Source: Macrostomum lignano (lineage: Eukaryota). Taken from it: 64,000 nucleotides of DNA. The position numbers and the translations under genes are program-made. The notes under the pieces were generated by a model. It ran no database searches and was not told the origin of the DNA. It saw only the letters and a list, made by a program, of their open reading frames with translations. The stretch is from the NCBI GenBank assembly GCA_002269645.1, contig NIVC01000808.1, forward strand, positions 248,001-312,000, in the 5' to 3' direction. Positions 20,915 to 33,262 of this stretch are shown piece by piece (within the stretch, counting starts at the first letter, position 1; each line of letters opens with the position of its first letter).

Positions 20915-22196
20915 ATGGACTTCCCGTTGGTGCCAGCAAGTCAGTCGGGATTCCTCATCATGCTGGCCGCCGATGACAGCAACAATTTCACGGCCTGCTG
21001 CCAGCAGACGGTAAGCTTTCTGATTTATAAAAAATATTTCTAAGAGACTTTACTGTCTTTTCACATTCTTTCTTGGAACAACCTTTCTCGTGATTCTCCT
21101 ATAGGGAAATCCTTTTGGGGATTCCCCTTTAAGGAAATCCTTTTGGGGGATTCTCCTTTAGGAAAATCCTTTTGGGGGATTCTCATTTAGGGAAATTCTT
21201 TTGAGGGATTCCCCTTTAGGGAAATCCTCTTGGGGATTCTCCTTTAGGGAAATCCTTTTGGGGGATTCTCATTTAGGGAAATTCTTTTGAGGGATTCCCC
21301 TTTAGGGAAATCCTTTTGGGGATTCCCCTTTAAGGAAATCCTTTTGGGGGATTCTCCTTTAAGAAAATCAACTGCAGGGATACTCTTTTAGGGGAATCCT
21401 TGATAGGGTTCTATTCTGAAGTAATTTATTTTAGTTCTTTTGTAAAAATCTAAGACGGGATTCAATCTACAGTTAGGAAGATTATTTTTGAACTAAAGTT
21501 ATTTTTGAACTTTTGAACTAGCAAGGGAATTAGTTTTTGCAGATAGATAACTGGACCTTGCAGTCACAACAGGCCGACCCGCTGCCTCCATTGGCCGAAA
21601 TGGGCGGCAGCAGCTGCATTCCCTACGCCACCGAGGAGCTGGAGAGCTCGGAGCCGCGTCTTGATCTCGATTTTATTATCGACCACTTGCCGACGTCGAC
21701 GGAGCCACTGGCGACGCATCAGCCAGCATCAACTGTCGACTCAACCGGACTGCAGTGCATCCTGCACTACCTGCAGGGCGCTATCAGCGACTCGACGCCG
21801 GCGCCAACTCCGGCGCAGGCACCGACATTGCCAGCAAAAACGTCCGAGAGCGTGTCGAAAAGTGGACAACGACGACAGTCGATCGCTTCGACGACGACGG
21901 CCGTCGCCGCTCTGTACGCTGCACCAGGCGCCGTGCACGCTTGCCCGCTGAAGGGCTGCGACAAGGCCTACAGCAAGAGCTCCCACCTGAAAGCTCACCT
22001 TCGAGCTCACACTGGGGAAAAGCCGTACAGATGCGACTGGCCCGGCTGTGACTGGCGATTCTCCAGGTCGGACGAGCTGACCAGGCACCGTCTGAAGCAC
22101 ACCGGCCTGAGGCCCTACCGCTGCCAGCTGTGCCAGCGGGCTTTCAGCCGCTCCGATCATCTGGCGCTGCATTTGCGGAAGCACAAGCAGATCTGA
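20915..22196 (+). CDS. KLF: Kruppel-like factor (three C-terminal C2H2 zinc fingers)
   Basis: Exon 1 20915-21010 (MDFPLV...CCQQT|GTAAG) joins in phase 0 to 21543-22196. Fingers [28 protein letters not shown] / [19 protein letters not shown] / [21 protein letters not shown] give the KLF signature. Paralogue not resolved. Confidence 0.9.
21100..21410. repeat. ~30-bp internally palindromic minisatellite (GGGAAATCCTTTTGGGGGATTCTCCTTTA) in KLF intron
   Basis: About 10 copies; GGAAATCC and GGATTCCC halves are near-complementary. Confidence 0.88.
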
Positions 22197-22400
22197 TTGA
22201 TTGTCTATGGTCGAGAGACAGGCTTATATTGCACACAACTGTCGTGATTGTCTATGGCCCAAAGATATGCTTACAAATTTTATGCCATGATTGTTTATAA
22301 CCCAAAGATATGCTTACACATATTATGTTATGATTGTCTATGGCCCAGAGATATGCTTACACATTATTTCATGATTGTTTATGGCCTAGAGACAGGCTTT
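22196..22400. repeat. Degenerate ~45-bp repeats (TGATTGTCTATGGCCCAAAGATATGCTTACAC) in KLF 3' region
   Basis: 4-5 diverged copies starting at the stop codon. Confidence 0.7.
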
Positions 22401-22562
22401 AATCCCGCAGTAGTAGCTAGGTCTATGACATTTTCTGTCATTTTTAATTTCGAAAATAAAATTACCAACCACTTTTATCGTTCGTCACTCTTTACATTCT
22501 GTGTCGCTCGGGTAGTAAGCGAACATCACCGCGTAAGTACTAGGGAATGCTGATTTTAACCT

Positions 22563-23485
22563 AGGGAATGGTGCTTGACTGGGTGCTGCGGACTGCTCTT
22601 CCTACCGACGACGACGGCTTTCTGCTGCGGCGACGCGTGGGTCGACGTCAACCGGAGAAGCGGCTCAGCGTGCTTGGCTACGCCGACGACCTCGCCCTGC
22701 TGTCCTCGACCGTCGAGGGTGCCCAACGGCAGCTGGACAGGCTAGTTGCCGTTGCGGCGAGCGTCGGCCTGGTGGTCAACACGCAGAAGACCGTTGTGCT
22801 CTGCGTGCCGGACGACATCGAGGCTGCAATATTCTGCCGAGGCGCTGACAGGCAGGCGACGCGAGCTCCCGCGATGTCAGCAGTTCGTCTACCTCGGCGG
22901 TCTGGTTCCAGACGCTCGCGAGGACCTCCGACGCTGCTGCGGGCTTGCCTGGGCTGCCTTTCGTTCTGTGAGGGCAGTCCTGCAGTCCGAGGCCCTACCG
23001 GACCGCCAGAGGGCGGCGCTGTTCCAGGCGGTAATCGAGACCGTCCTGCTCTACAACGCCGAGACCTGGACGCTGACGGACTCACTCGAACAGCAAGTCG
23101 ATGCGGCGCATGCTGGCCTGCTGCGCGCCGCCTTCAACATCGGCGTCGAGCGAGTCAACAACGCGGCACTCTATCGCCGCGCTGGCCTGCCACGTCCAAG
23201 CGATCTACTGTGCCGTCGGCGACTCCAGCTCGCAGGCCATCTCATCCGCGCCGAGTCGTACTGCCCACAGCCGGTGCAGGAGGTGCTGCTGCTCACGCTG
23301 CAGGCACCCTACCGGCGAGGTCAAGCGCGAACTCGGCGTTACGTCGACTGTCTGCTGGCTGACGCCGGCGCCCCGGACACTGCCGGTGGCGCAGCCTTTG
23401 TTCGCGCCCAAGCCATGAAGCGCGCCCTGTGACGCTGACTTTTGCCATCCTGACAGCGTATTTTCTATTTTGATGTTGTTGTTGT
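22563..23485 (+). mobile_element. 5'-truncated non-LTR retrotransposon (RTE-like), frameshifted RT C-terminus
   Basis: YADD motif, then YLG, ETWTL and RRRLQLAGHL; frameshift near 22860; (GTT)n tail; 12-bp TSD TGATTTTAACCT at 22551-22562 and 23486-23497. Confidence 0.92.
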
Positions 23486-23502
23486 TGATTTTAACCTCAC
23501 CG

Positions 23503-23930
23503 TCTCATCATCTCACCATCTCATCATCTCACCATCTCATCATCTCATCATCTCATCATCTCACCATCTCATCATCTCACCATCTCATCATCTTACTATC
23601 TCATCATCTCATCATCTCACCATCTCATCATCTCATCATCTCATCATCTCACCATCTCATCATCTCATCATCTCATCATCTCACCATCTCATCATCTACT
23701 ATCTCATCATCTCATCATCTCACCATCTCATCATCTCACCATCTCATCATCTCACCATCTCATCATCTCATCATCTCCCTATCTCATCATCTCACCATCT
23801 CATCATCTCACCATCTCATATCTCACCATCTCATCATCTCACCATCTCACTATCTCACCATCTCATCATCTCACCATCTCATCATCTCACCATCTCATCA
23901 TCTCACCATCTCATCATCTCACCATCTCAT
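23503..23930. repeat. CAT-rich simple repeat (TCATCATCTCACCATC)
   Basis: Read directly; source of the S/H/L/I ORF. Confidence 0.93.
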
Positions 23931-24547
23931 CAGCTCACTATCTCAGCGAGTTAAGAACTCATTATCACTTCTTGATTGTAGGTGAAATTTCAGCCACTGC
24001 AGCTCAGTCCCTTTCAATTTCACCTGGAGAATCGTTCGCAAACAGATTCTTATATTATGATTTCCAATTAAAATATTCGTTGCCTTTGAATTGAGCTTTG
24101 GAAAATCCATTTTATTGTCAGATCTTGAATAGCATGCTGAAGCCTTCAAGACAATACAGATAATTCACACTTGAATTGATTAATCTGGCATTGAGTCCTG
24201 CGGACAAAGGTGACTAAGATGATAATTTCATAGAAAATCCGGCTTGGACCATGGCTGACGCTTGCTTAATTTGCCCGCACACGCCACTCTGGGGTGTGAG
24301 TCGGCATAGGGTCTGGGAGCCCGCGGATATTTTTCTCAGGATTGACATCGGGATTAGTGGATGGGAAATTTTCTTTGCTTCTGGAGGGATTACGTCTGCG
24401 GTGGGGGGGGGCGAAGTAATGAATTAGATTTATTCCGAAATAACAATTTCTTGGCCGTTAAAAATTGTCTTTGCTTGTTTTTCTGTTTCTGTTGCTATCT
24501 AGGGTTGGTCGATGGTCCGGATGCGCAGCTTTGGCACATTATAATAA

Positions 24548-24772
24548 GCGCGCAAGCGCGCAGTGTCATAAGTGCGCAGTGTCATAAGCGCAGTGTCATC
24601 AGCGCATTGTCATAAGCGCGCAGTGTCATAAGCGCAGTGTCATAAGCGCAGTGTCATAAGCGCATTGTCATAAGCGCGCAGTGTCATAAGCGCAGTGTCA
24701 TAAGTGCGCAGTGTCATAAGTGCGCAGTGTCATAAGTGCGCAGTGTCATAAGCGCGCAGTATCATAAGCGCC
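24548..24772. repeat. 14-16-bp tandem repeat (GCGCAGTGTCATAA)
   Basis: Read directly. Confidence 0.92.
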
Positions 24773-25240
24773 TATTTGGGTGCCAATACAAAATCTAAAC
24801 GCCATGGCAGGACGAGACCCGATCTAAAAATAACGAAAAGTTATTGTCTTTCTACTTTCAGTAGCACACGAGGGTATGCCTCCATACGGCAGACTCCTTA
24901 TCAGCAAGGCAAACTGCCTACTATAAATCACCATTAGGCTTTTTGTCAAACTCCGCTATTCCGTATCATAATTTCGGCCAAAAATATTGATTGCTAAGCC
25001 CTGCTAACCGGGAGGGTCTCGATACGGTGGGCAAACATTAATTGCGGAACTGTAAAGACTGCCGGGGGGGGGGGCTGAAACGAAGCGAGCGTCCTCTCTG
25101 CTCGAGAGACAGAGATCGAGCTCTCCATATTAATGCTGGGCTTCGGCATTATTGCTGATTCTTATCAGCTAAAATTAAGAGACGACGCGCGAAGTTCGAC
25201 CAGGACAGCTAAATTATAAGGATTATAATTATAAGTGTTT

Positions 25241-25600
25241 GGAGGGCCGTAGCCCAGTGGTCTGGCGCGGCGCTCTGATGTGCCAGCGGCCCAGGCTCGA
25301 TTCCCAGTGCAGTCGCATTAATTTTTGCGGCTAAATTGGAATCTCGGCTTGGCTCTGCTCGTGCAATTAACGGCCAGCTTGAGGGCCAACCCCCAAGGCA
25401 CAGTGAAGTGTACATGCCTAACGATAAATAAAGTTAGGGCCGCTGTGCACTCCTGTGTGAGTGTGTGCCTGCGTACGTATCCGCGCGCTTGTATGCCTGC
25501 TCAGGGGAGTCGGCGGAATGGGCAGCAATGCTCTCGCCGGTTGTGTGACAATGTCGCTTAAAGTGAACCAGGGTGCACACAACCCTTTCTTAAAATATAA
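25241..25600 (+). mobile_element. tRNA-derived SINE, family 2 (copy 1)
   Basis: A box TAGCCCAGTGG, B box GGCTCGATTCC, A-rich end; matches 47149-47510 along its length. Confidence 0.82.
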
Positions 25601-26378
25601 GATCTCTGTAGTGTATTTTTCTTAGTGCACTTCTTCTAGACCTCTAGATCTCTAGACTTCTAGACCGAGAGTTTCTATGGCGAAACCCCTTTCACAGCAC
25701 TTTTTAATGAGTTATCTAACTTGTCCGGACAAAACCAAGAAATTCGTAAGTCTATGCAGAAACTGAGACATTCTGTCAGCTTGTCTGTAAGCCGGTCCTT
25801 CCCCAGCCCTCCGAAGGTCTACCTTGCTTAGACTCAACCGCAGGAACACCAGGGTGGTAACCATGGGCTTCTCAGGCCATGGTTGTTTCGCCAGGAATCG
25901 GTTGCCTTCACGGAAAAATCCACAGTGAGGAATCTACTCAGCTTACCTAAGGGCTACCGGGCGAGCGACAATCCACCTACTAGCTGGACTCCCGGGTCAC
26001 ATTCAGAACCAGAGAGTTCCTGCCGCCAAGTCAAGTAAGCCAGAAGAAGAGTGTTATAGAGTCCTTTTACTTTAGCTGTCCATGATTTCGAATTTGGCAT
26101 TCGGAATAGGCAACTGAGAGTACGAGCTTACATAGTTTTATTGCTCTCGTCGACTAACTGTTTCTCTTGCTTCAAAGCATGATTTTTTATGAAAGTCAAG
26201 TCTACCGCTTGGCGGTTCGCCATTCTGCATCAAATTTCTCCATCAAAATATATATATAGCCAATAGCATCGTTTTCAACATTGATTCCAATGCAACCCTG
26301 TGGGACTGCTTTAATGGCATTGTATGGGTTCCCCTGCTATCTGTATAGCTGGGGACTTCGAAAGTAGGGGGGGGGGGG

Positions 26379-26927
26379 NNNNNNNNNNNNNNNNNNNNNN
26401 NNNNNNNNNNNNNNNNNNNNNNNNNNNNNNNNNNNNNNNNNNNNNNNNNNNNNNNNNNNNNNNNNNNNNNNNNNNNNNNNNNNNNNNNNNNNNNNNNNNN
26501 NNNNNNNNNNNNNNNNNNNNNNNNNNNNNNNNNNNNNNNNNNNNNNNNNNNNNNNNNNNNNNNNNNNNNNNNNNNNNNNNNNNNNNNNNNNNNNNNNNNN
26601 NNNNNNNNNNNNNNNNNNNNNNNNNNNNNNNNNNNNNNNNNNNNNNNNNNNNNNNNNNNNNNNNNNNNNNNNNNNNNNNNNNNNNNNNNNNNNNNNNNNN
26701 NNNNNNNNNNNNNNNNNNNNNNNNNNNNNNNNNNNNNNNNNNNNNNNNNNNNNNNNNNNNNNNNNNNNNNNNNNNNNNNNNNNNNNNNNNNNNNNNNNNN
26801 NNNNNNNNNNNNNNNNNNNNNNNNNNNNNNNNNNNNNNNNNNNNNNNNNNNNNNNNNNNNNNNNNNNNNNNNNNNNNNNNNNNNNNNNNNNNNNNNNNNN
26901 NNNNNNNNNNNNNNNNNNNNNNNNNNN
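26379..26927. other. Assembly gap (549 N)
   Basis: Run of N preceded by a poly-G tract. Confidence 1.
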
Positions 26928-29900
26928 AACAGCAGAGCTGCCGACCTGGCTTCCCGAGCGCTTCAAGCCTCTGGCGCAGGGGCTCGGCGGATCCGAGGAT
27001 TCGAGCACCGGCCCAGGCTGAACCCGGCCGTGCCTCCGGTAGCGCAGCCGCTCCGCCGTATTCCACTCAGCATTAAGGACAAGGTCCAGGCGGAGATCGA
27101 CCAGCTGTTGGCAGACGACATCGTCGAGGAGATCCAAGCTTCCGAGTGGATTTCGAACCTGGTGATCGTCCCGAAGCCCGAAGGTAAAATCAGAATCTGC
27201 AACGACCTCAGGTGTCCAAACAAGGCTATAGTGCCGGATAAGCAGCCGCTGCCAACTTTCGAGGAGCTGACGACGGAGTTCAAGGGCTCGACCGTGTTCA
27301 CTAAGCTCGATTTGAACTCGTCGTACCTGCAGCTGGAACTGGCGGAAGACCGGCGGGACCTAACGGCCTTCATCACGGAGAAAGGCCTTTACCGGTACAA
27401 GCGCGTCTGCTACGGCCTTAACAGCGCTCCAGCAGCCTTTCAGAAGGTGCTTAGTAAGATTATCCACGGCTGTTTGGGGACGCTGCACTACATTGATGAT
27501 ATCGTTGTGCATGCTGCCAACGAGACGGAGCACCGGCGGCGGCTCACGGCAGTGCTGGACCGGCCTGCTCGCCATGGCGTAACGCTTAACACCGCCAAGT
27601 GCCAGTGGGCTGCAGAGTCCGTGCAGTTTCTGGGCTACATCGTCTCGGCGAGAGGCCTTCAGCCGATGCAGTCCAATGTGGAAGCCATCGAAGCGGTGCC
27701 GGAGCCTCAGAACACCGAGGCGGTGGCCTCATTTCTCGGAATGGTAAAGTTTTACTCGAACTTCCTACACAACCTATCCGACATCGCCGAGCCGCTGCTG
27801 CAGCTACTTCGCAAGGACCAGCCTTGGAACTGGACAGCGGACTGCCAGAAGGCCTTTTGGAGGCTTAAGAAAATGGTAGTGTCTCCAACGTGCCTGCGAT
27901 TCTTCTGTCCCGACGACAAGATAATCGTGGCCTGCGACAGCTCTGCGCACGCTCTGGGTGCCGTGTTGATGCAAGAAGACAGCGCTGGCGTTCTCAAGCC
28001 AGTTGCTTTCGCGTCGAGGACTCTGTCGGCGACCGAGCGCAAGTACTCCGCGTCAGAAAGAGAGGCGCTGGCATGTATCTTCGCCTGCGAGCGTTGGCAC
28101 TACTTCCTGTTCGGCCGGAGATTCGAACTGCACACCGATCACCAGGCTCTGACGACGCTGCTGACGGCTCAAGGCAGCGGCCACCGACCTTTGCGGCTGC
28201 ACCGATGGGCCGACCGCCTGCTCGCGTACGACTTCCAAGTGTGCCACGTTCCCGGCAAGAAGAACATCGTGCCCGACTTTTTGTCACGCCATGGCGCTTT
28301 CGGAGAAGATTGCGCTGAAGATCCGACCGAGCACCAGGTGAATGCCGTATTGTTATCGGGCGCGTTGGAGGTTGTCAGCGCAAGCGAGTTGGCCGAGGCA
28401 TCCCTGCAGGACCCGGTAATAAGCGAAGTGATAGCTCTGACGCTCCAGGGGTGGCCGAGCTCCATCAAGCATCTGCGGTCGGAGTTGCAGCCGTTCTGGA
28501 GGATCCGAATGCAGCTGACGGCCTGGAATGACGGCAAGTGCCGGCACTCGAGCGGTGATCCCCGCATCCCTGAGGGAGAAGACGCTGCAGCTGGCACACT
28601 TCGGACACCTCGGCGTGAGCAGAATGAAGCAGCACTGTCGGGACGCCGTCTGGTGGCCGCAAATCGACCAGCACATTGAGGAGTTCGTGCGGCACTGTGA
28701 GGCCTGTCTGCTAAGCGAGAAGAATTTCAAGCCATCCAAGACGGTTCTGACCCCGACAAAGTGGCCGACGCGTCCATGGGAGGAGCTTCAGCTAGACATC
28801 TTTGGGGAGCTGCACTCGGCTCCGAACTCCTGCCGCTTCATCCTGGTGCTGTACGACTTGCACTCAAAGTGGCCGGAGGCTGCCTGCATGTCAACCATCA
28901 CAAGCGCTGATGTCATCGACGCCTTGACAACGTGGTTTAGTCGTTGGGGGCTGCCGAAGAGTATCAACACAGATGGAGGGCCTCAGTTCGTGTCCGGTGA
29001 TTTCGAGGATTTTCTCCGGCGCTGTGGCATCCAGCATCGGCAGTCGCCGCACTACCACCCTCAGGGCAACGCGGCGGTGGAGCGTTTCAACCGGTTTCTC
29101 AAGGACGGCCTCAAGACGCACTTGGAGGAGGGCTATGACTTTAAGGACGCGGTGAAGGCACTGCTGTGGTCGTACAGAGCCACCCCGCATGCACTGACTG
29201 GAGTTTCGCCGGCGGAGCTGATGACAGGCCGGAAGATCAGCACTCCCCTGACAGCCCTACAGCCAAGGACGGCAGCGCGGCACAGACTGGCGGCCGGCAT
29301 CAAGCGGAAACAGCAGCGAGTTTTCAACCAGCTCAACTCGACCAGGAGACCCCCGCCGACTTTCATGGTCGGCGACTGGGTGCAGGTGAAGCGGCCGTTC
29401 GCCCGGGGCAAGCTAAGCAGCCGCCTGTCCGAGCCTCGTGAGATCTCCCGGATCGCGAGCGCCACCACCGTCATCCTCAATGATGGCTCCCGCTGGCACG
29501 TCGACAATTGTGTTCGAGTGCCGCGGCCCGCCGGAGCGCTGCCACACTGGCCCGCGACGGCTTCCAGCGCGGCGGCGATTCCGGCGGAGGCGGCGGCGGA
29601 GGCGGCAGAGCCAGCGCGGCCGCAGCAGACAGCCCAGACTGCGGTTCGAGGGAGCACGAGGACGCGAGCGCCTCCACAGTGGTACGGGGAAATTGTGACG
29701 CATTAACTGATTTATTAGTGACTGCTAACTGACTTTCTCACGAACGATGTGCATTTGAAGCCAAATTAGTTGTTCTCAGACTAATATTGCGATTTAATGC
29801 TCAGTGAAATACTCAGTGTGATGATCTACTTTTATTCCTTCGATGCTCAGTCATGCGCTTTTATTCCTTGTTCAATATTTCGACGAATTCGGTTTTCGCG

Positions 29901-30099
29901 ATTCCACTAATCGGAAGGGAAGGTGAATGTTGTGTTGCTACTCAATGTGTGTGTGTAGTTGTGTGTACGTTCGTTGTACATCTGTTAGCTATCGATCGCA
30001 TTACAATATATGATATATAAGTGAGAGCGCGTTGAGTTTGAGAGCTTGAGAGTTTCGCCTACAAACTTGCAGACTGGCTGGCTTATTCATTATACAACA
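26928..30099 (+). mobile_element. Ty3/Gypsy LTR retrotransposon (Mag-like): RT, RNase H, integrase, PPT, 3' LTR; frameshifted; 5' end lost in the gap
   Basis: RT YIDD, RNase H DSS..E..D, zinc-binding HFGHLG..C..C, integrase D..D..E (LDIF, TDGG, AVERFN), C-terminal RGSTRTRAPPQWY. Frameshift near 28540 and probably near 26988. PPT GGAAGGGAAGGTGAA at 29913-29927. Confidence 0.95.
29928..30099 (+). repeat. 3' LTR, 172 bp, TGTTGT...ACAACA
   Basis: Immediately follows the PPT; 6-bp terminal inverted repeat; internal TATATAA box. Confidence 0.85.
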
Positions 30100-30386
30100 C
30101 TAAGAACCACATATCGAAAGAAACTGAAAATGCACAGTCAGCTCAACTGAGACAGGGTTAGCTTTTATTCTTTACACGAAACAATCAAACGCACCAGCAA
30201 CGCGCGTACATGGCAACGAAAAATCAAAACGAAACAAAACTAAATTCTATAATTTACTTGGCAATTTTATTTTGTACCAATGCAAGGTTGCGATTTTTTA
30301 GCATTCTCGGAGGCTTTTTGGAAAACAGTAACTTCCCTAGACAGTCCATAAATACGAACATTAAATTTTAAAACTCGATAAATGAC

Positions 30387-33262
30387 TCAGAATTTGAAGA
30401 TTTTGTTGCCACCTCTACGCGAGATCCGTCCACGAGCTGACAGCTGAAGACCGAGAGTTTGTGGGCGCCGTTGAGGCTGCTGCTGCTGTGTCAGTCCTCC
30501 AAGGTTCGTACAAAACCTGTCGGGAAGCATTGAGAACTCAAACTAGCAATAAATTTGCAAAGCATTGCCCGCTAAAAGAACACTAAACTAACTTCGCCAA
30601 AGATTTCAGAACGCTTGATTTCATTGGCTGACGCGATTCACATGTGAATCAGCGTGTACAGGTTTCTTTTCACAAAACATTTACTCGTATTGAATAGAAA
30701 CCATTGCTAAACCTATTCGAAGTTATCGTTAGAGTAACTTCGAAAAAAATCGGTAAGCGAACTACGTGTGAAGTTGGATCAAAGTACTTGCAATCACCGC
30801 AAACTTCTACCTTTAAATGTCCCTGTCCACCTTAGGCGACGTCCCTCGCAATCACTAAGTTCTATAATTTGATCTCAGCGCACATACCTAATCTGCTCGC
30901 AGTAGAGAGCAAGTCCAGACATACCTAGTCGGCTGCTGTAGCTGCTGCTGCTGCTTTTGTTGCCGGGCGCCGCCAGGCAGCAGGTCAGTCGTTAGGCTGG
31001 CGCAGAGGCCAGAGACCAGATCCCCGGGCTCCGGGTCCATCGGCAGCCGTGAAGCCTCTAGCCAGGCCAGAATCGACGAGTCGGCGTCAGTCATGGAGTC
31101 GAGAGCCGCAGCGCCAGACTCGCTTGGCAGCACAAGCTCGGCAGGCACTGCAGGCCGCAGTAGCAGACAGCCGCCTGGACTGTCGACAGTCAAGTAAAAC
31201 AGCGGTCTAATCTGCGGGGCCTTAGGCGACGGCGGCTCCAGCCGGACCAGCAAAGCGAGCCGGTCAGTCAGCAGGCGCTGCAATAGCCTGTCAAAGTGAG
31301 CCACATTGCTGGAAAGCTGGTCCCAGTCGAGGCGCCAGCAGGCGGTGGGCCGCAGCCTGACTGGCGCACCCATGGTACATAGCAGTGGACAGATGCCAAT
31401 TTTGGGCAGGCGCCACACAGCACGCAGCTGGCAGACGCTGGCCGATTCAGGTGGACGCTGACGAGCAGGCAGCGCCCGGCAGACCGGTTGCAGGCTGAAC
31501 AAGTCCGGAGCACTCGACTGTGTCAGAGCCTGCGCAAAGGGAAACTGGCTCACTGTAGCCCTAATTGAGTGAGTGTATCTTCAATAAAACTTTATATTCT
31601 TTTTCATTTTTAGCCTAACCTTTGAACTTTTCCCAGAATCCAATTTTTTACCGTTTAGAAGTGCTCACTCTTTAAGATGAGAATCTGAATGAGAATGAGA
31701 ATGAGAATGAGAATCTTTAGAAATTAAGTGAAGAATGGTCTAAATGTACGAGTCTTTATATTCACGCGTATATTTGAGTCTACATGCAGAGCAGCTTGTG
31801 AAACCCACCACAGAGTTGAATGTGCAGCGCATTCGTACATGTAATTTCGCCATGGCGTAATAAGTTTAAAATCTTACAATCCTTCCTGACCTGTGGATTA
31901 ACGATGGCCTCCTGTGCATCCAACAGAAGCTGCAGTCCACAGGGGAGCAGCAGCTTGACAGCAACAGTTTCTGTCCCGGAGTCGATCAGCCAGGCGGATG
32001 AAGCCAGGCCGAGCTGCTCGTAGCCGACCTGCAGTCGCCGCACGAGCACGCCGGGGCAGCTGTCGGCCGCGGCATCCGCTGCTGTGGACTGCAGCCTCTC
32101 AGCGGCCGGATCCGGCGCCAGCAGAACGCGAAATCTGCGAAGCCTGCAAATACCGGACGCAAGAACGGCTGCGCTGGCCTGCTGAGCAGCCTGCGACACG
32201 CGACTAATCAGAGTCAGCTCGCACGGGAGCTGCTGCAGGCGGGCTGGAAGGCGAGCCTGCGGCGGGTGTTTGTTTTAACCGAAGTTTGAAATTAGTCCTA
32301 ATTTTTTTAGAACATAACTAAGAGTAGGGGAGGCAGAGTAATACAGTAACTAACGCGTCTGGCTCTATCGTCAAAGCACCTGCTGGGTTCAGTTCCGTGC
32401 ACGACGGCACTCATTTGGGGCTTCGTACACGACAATTGACTTCGGGCTTGACGTTCGATTCTCGCTAATGAAGGCCAAGCCCCAAGGCTTACAGAATGTG
32501 TACATGCCTGACAATGAAAAAAGTCAGAGCCGCTGAACATCTTGCATGACTATGTATGCCTGCGTACGTATGCGTTTGGTTGTTCAGGGGTCTGCGGCAG
32601 CGCCCGAAGGCCCGATCATGGCAAGATCTTTAAATTGAAATGCAATATTTAAAAGCCACTCTGCTGTCTCACTTTGTTTATCGTGCTTTTATTATTAAAG
32701 CTAAAAATACGCTCCGGAATCAGTGAATTTTTTGCATATTTTTGCATCGCTAAATAAACACTCGAGTCTAATCTAAAAAACTACCAGTGCGAAACCATCT
32801 TGTACACACACTATCTATAAGATATTCGCCTCACTTTTATTTTCTAGTAGACATCTATTCTGACAGGCATAAAGGACTCACCTGCTGAGCCGCGGCCATT
32901 TGCAGCGCTTCGGCCACTGGACTGCCGCCTGCCGGCCTTTGGCTTGACACGTCCTGGTCATACAGCACCGCGATATCGTTCAGCAGGTTGGCTAGAGCGG
33001 CCAGCTGCGAAGCCGACGGGGCCGATGGGAGGGCAAGGCGGGCACCCAACTGACCGATTACTATGATGCACAGAGCCGGCACTGGGCACCGGGGACCCGG
33101 CATGCGGAGCGCCAGAGCAAGCGTGTGCAGCGCGGAACGCAGCAACCGTTGCAATAACAGAGGGCTCATGCGCTCGCGCGTGTCTAGCAGCAGAAATTGA
33201 ACCGGCTGCGACGGGAGCAGGGGACGCAGGCCCGCAGAGCTAACAGTGCGCGGCGGTTGGAA
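30387..33262 (-). CDS. M1AP: Meiosis 1 arrest protein (M1AP) orthologue
   Basis: Exons 33262-32882, 32256-31891, 31544-30925, 30516-30387; phase-consistent, 499 codons, initiator not in these exons. LRPTACWRLDWDQL..N..HF..L matches human M1AP LRPTSCWQLDWDELETNQQHF; also ELTLIS..RLRRFRV and LLLRPAVPAELVLP. Minus-strand AATAAA at 30266-30271. Confidence 0.88.
32327..32653 (+). mobile_element. SINE with divergent tRNA-like head sharing the family-2 central domain, in M1AP intron
   Basis: B-box-like GGTTCAGTTCC; CCCAAGGC..GTGTACATGCCTGACA..AAAGTCAGAGCCGCTG..CTGCGTACGTAT is shared with the 25241 and 47149 copies. Confidence 0.65.

Noticed and set aside
25860-26030. GC-richer segment resembling a retroelement UTR
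   Set aside because: No ORF, termini or second copy in the window to support a call.
26311-27137. ORFs spanning the N run
   Set aside because: Artefacts of translating the assembly gap.
27360-29732. Many short overlapping or antisense ORFs in the Gypsy element (likewise within the KLF, LINE, AlkB-like and CDS exons)
   Set aside because: Shadow frames of GC-rich coding sequence.
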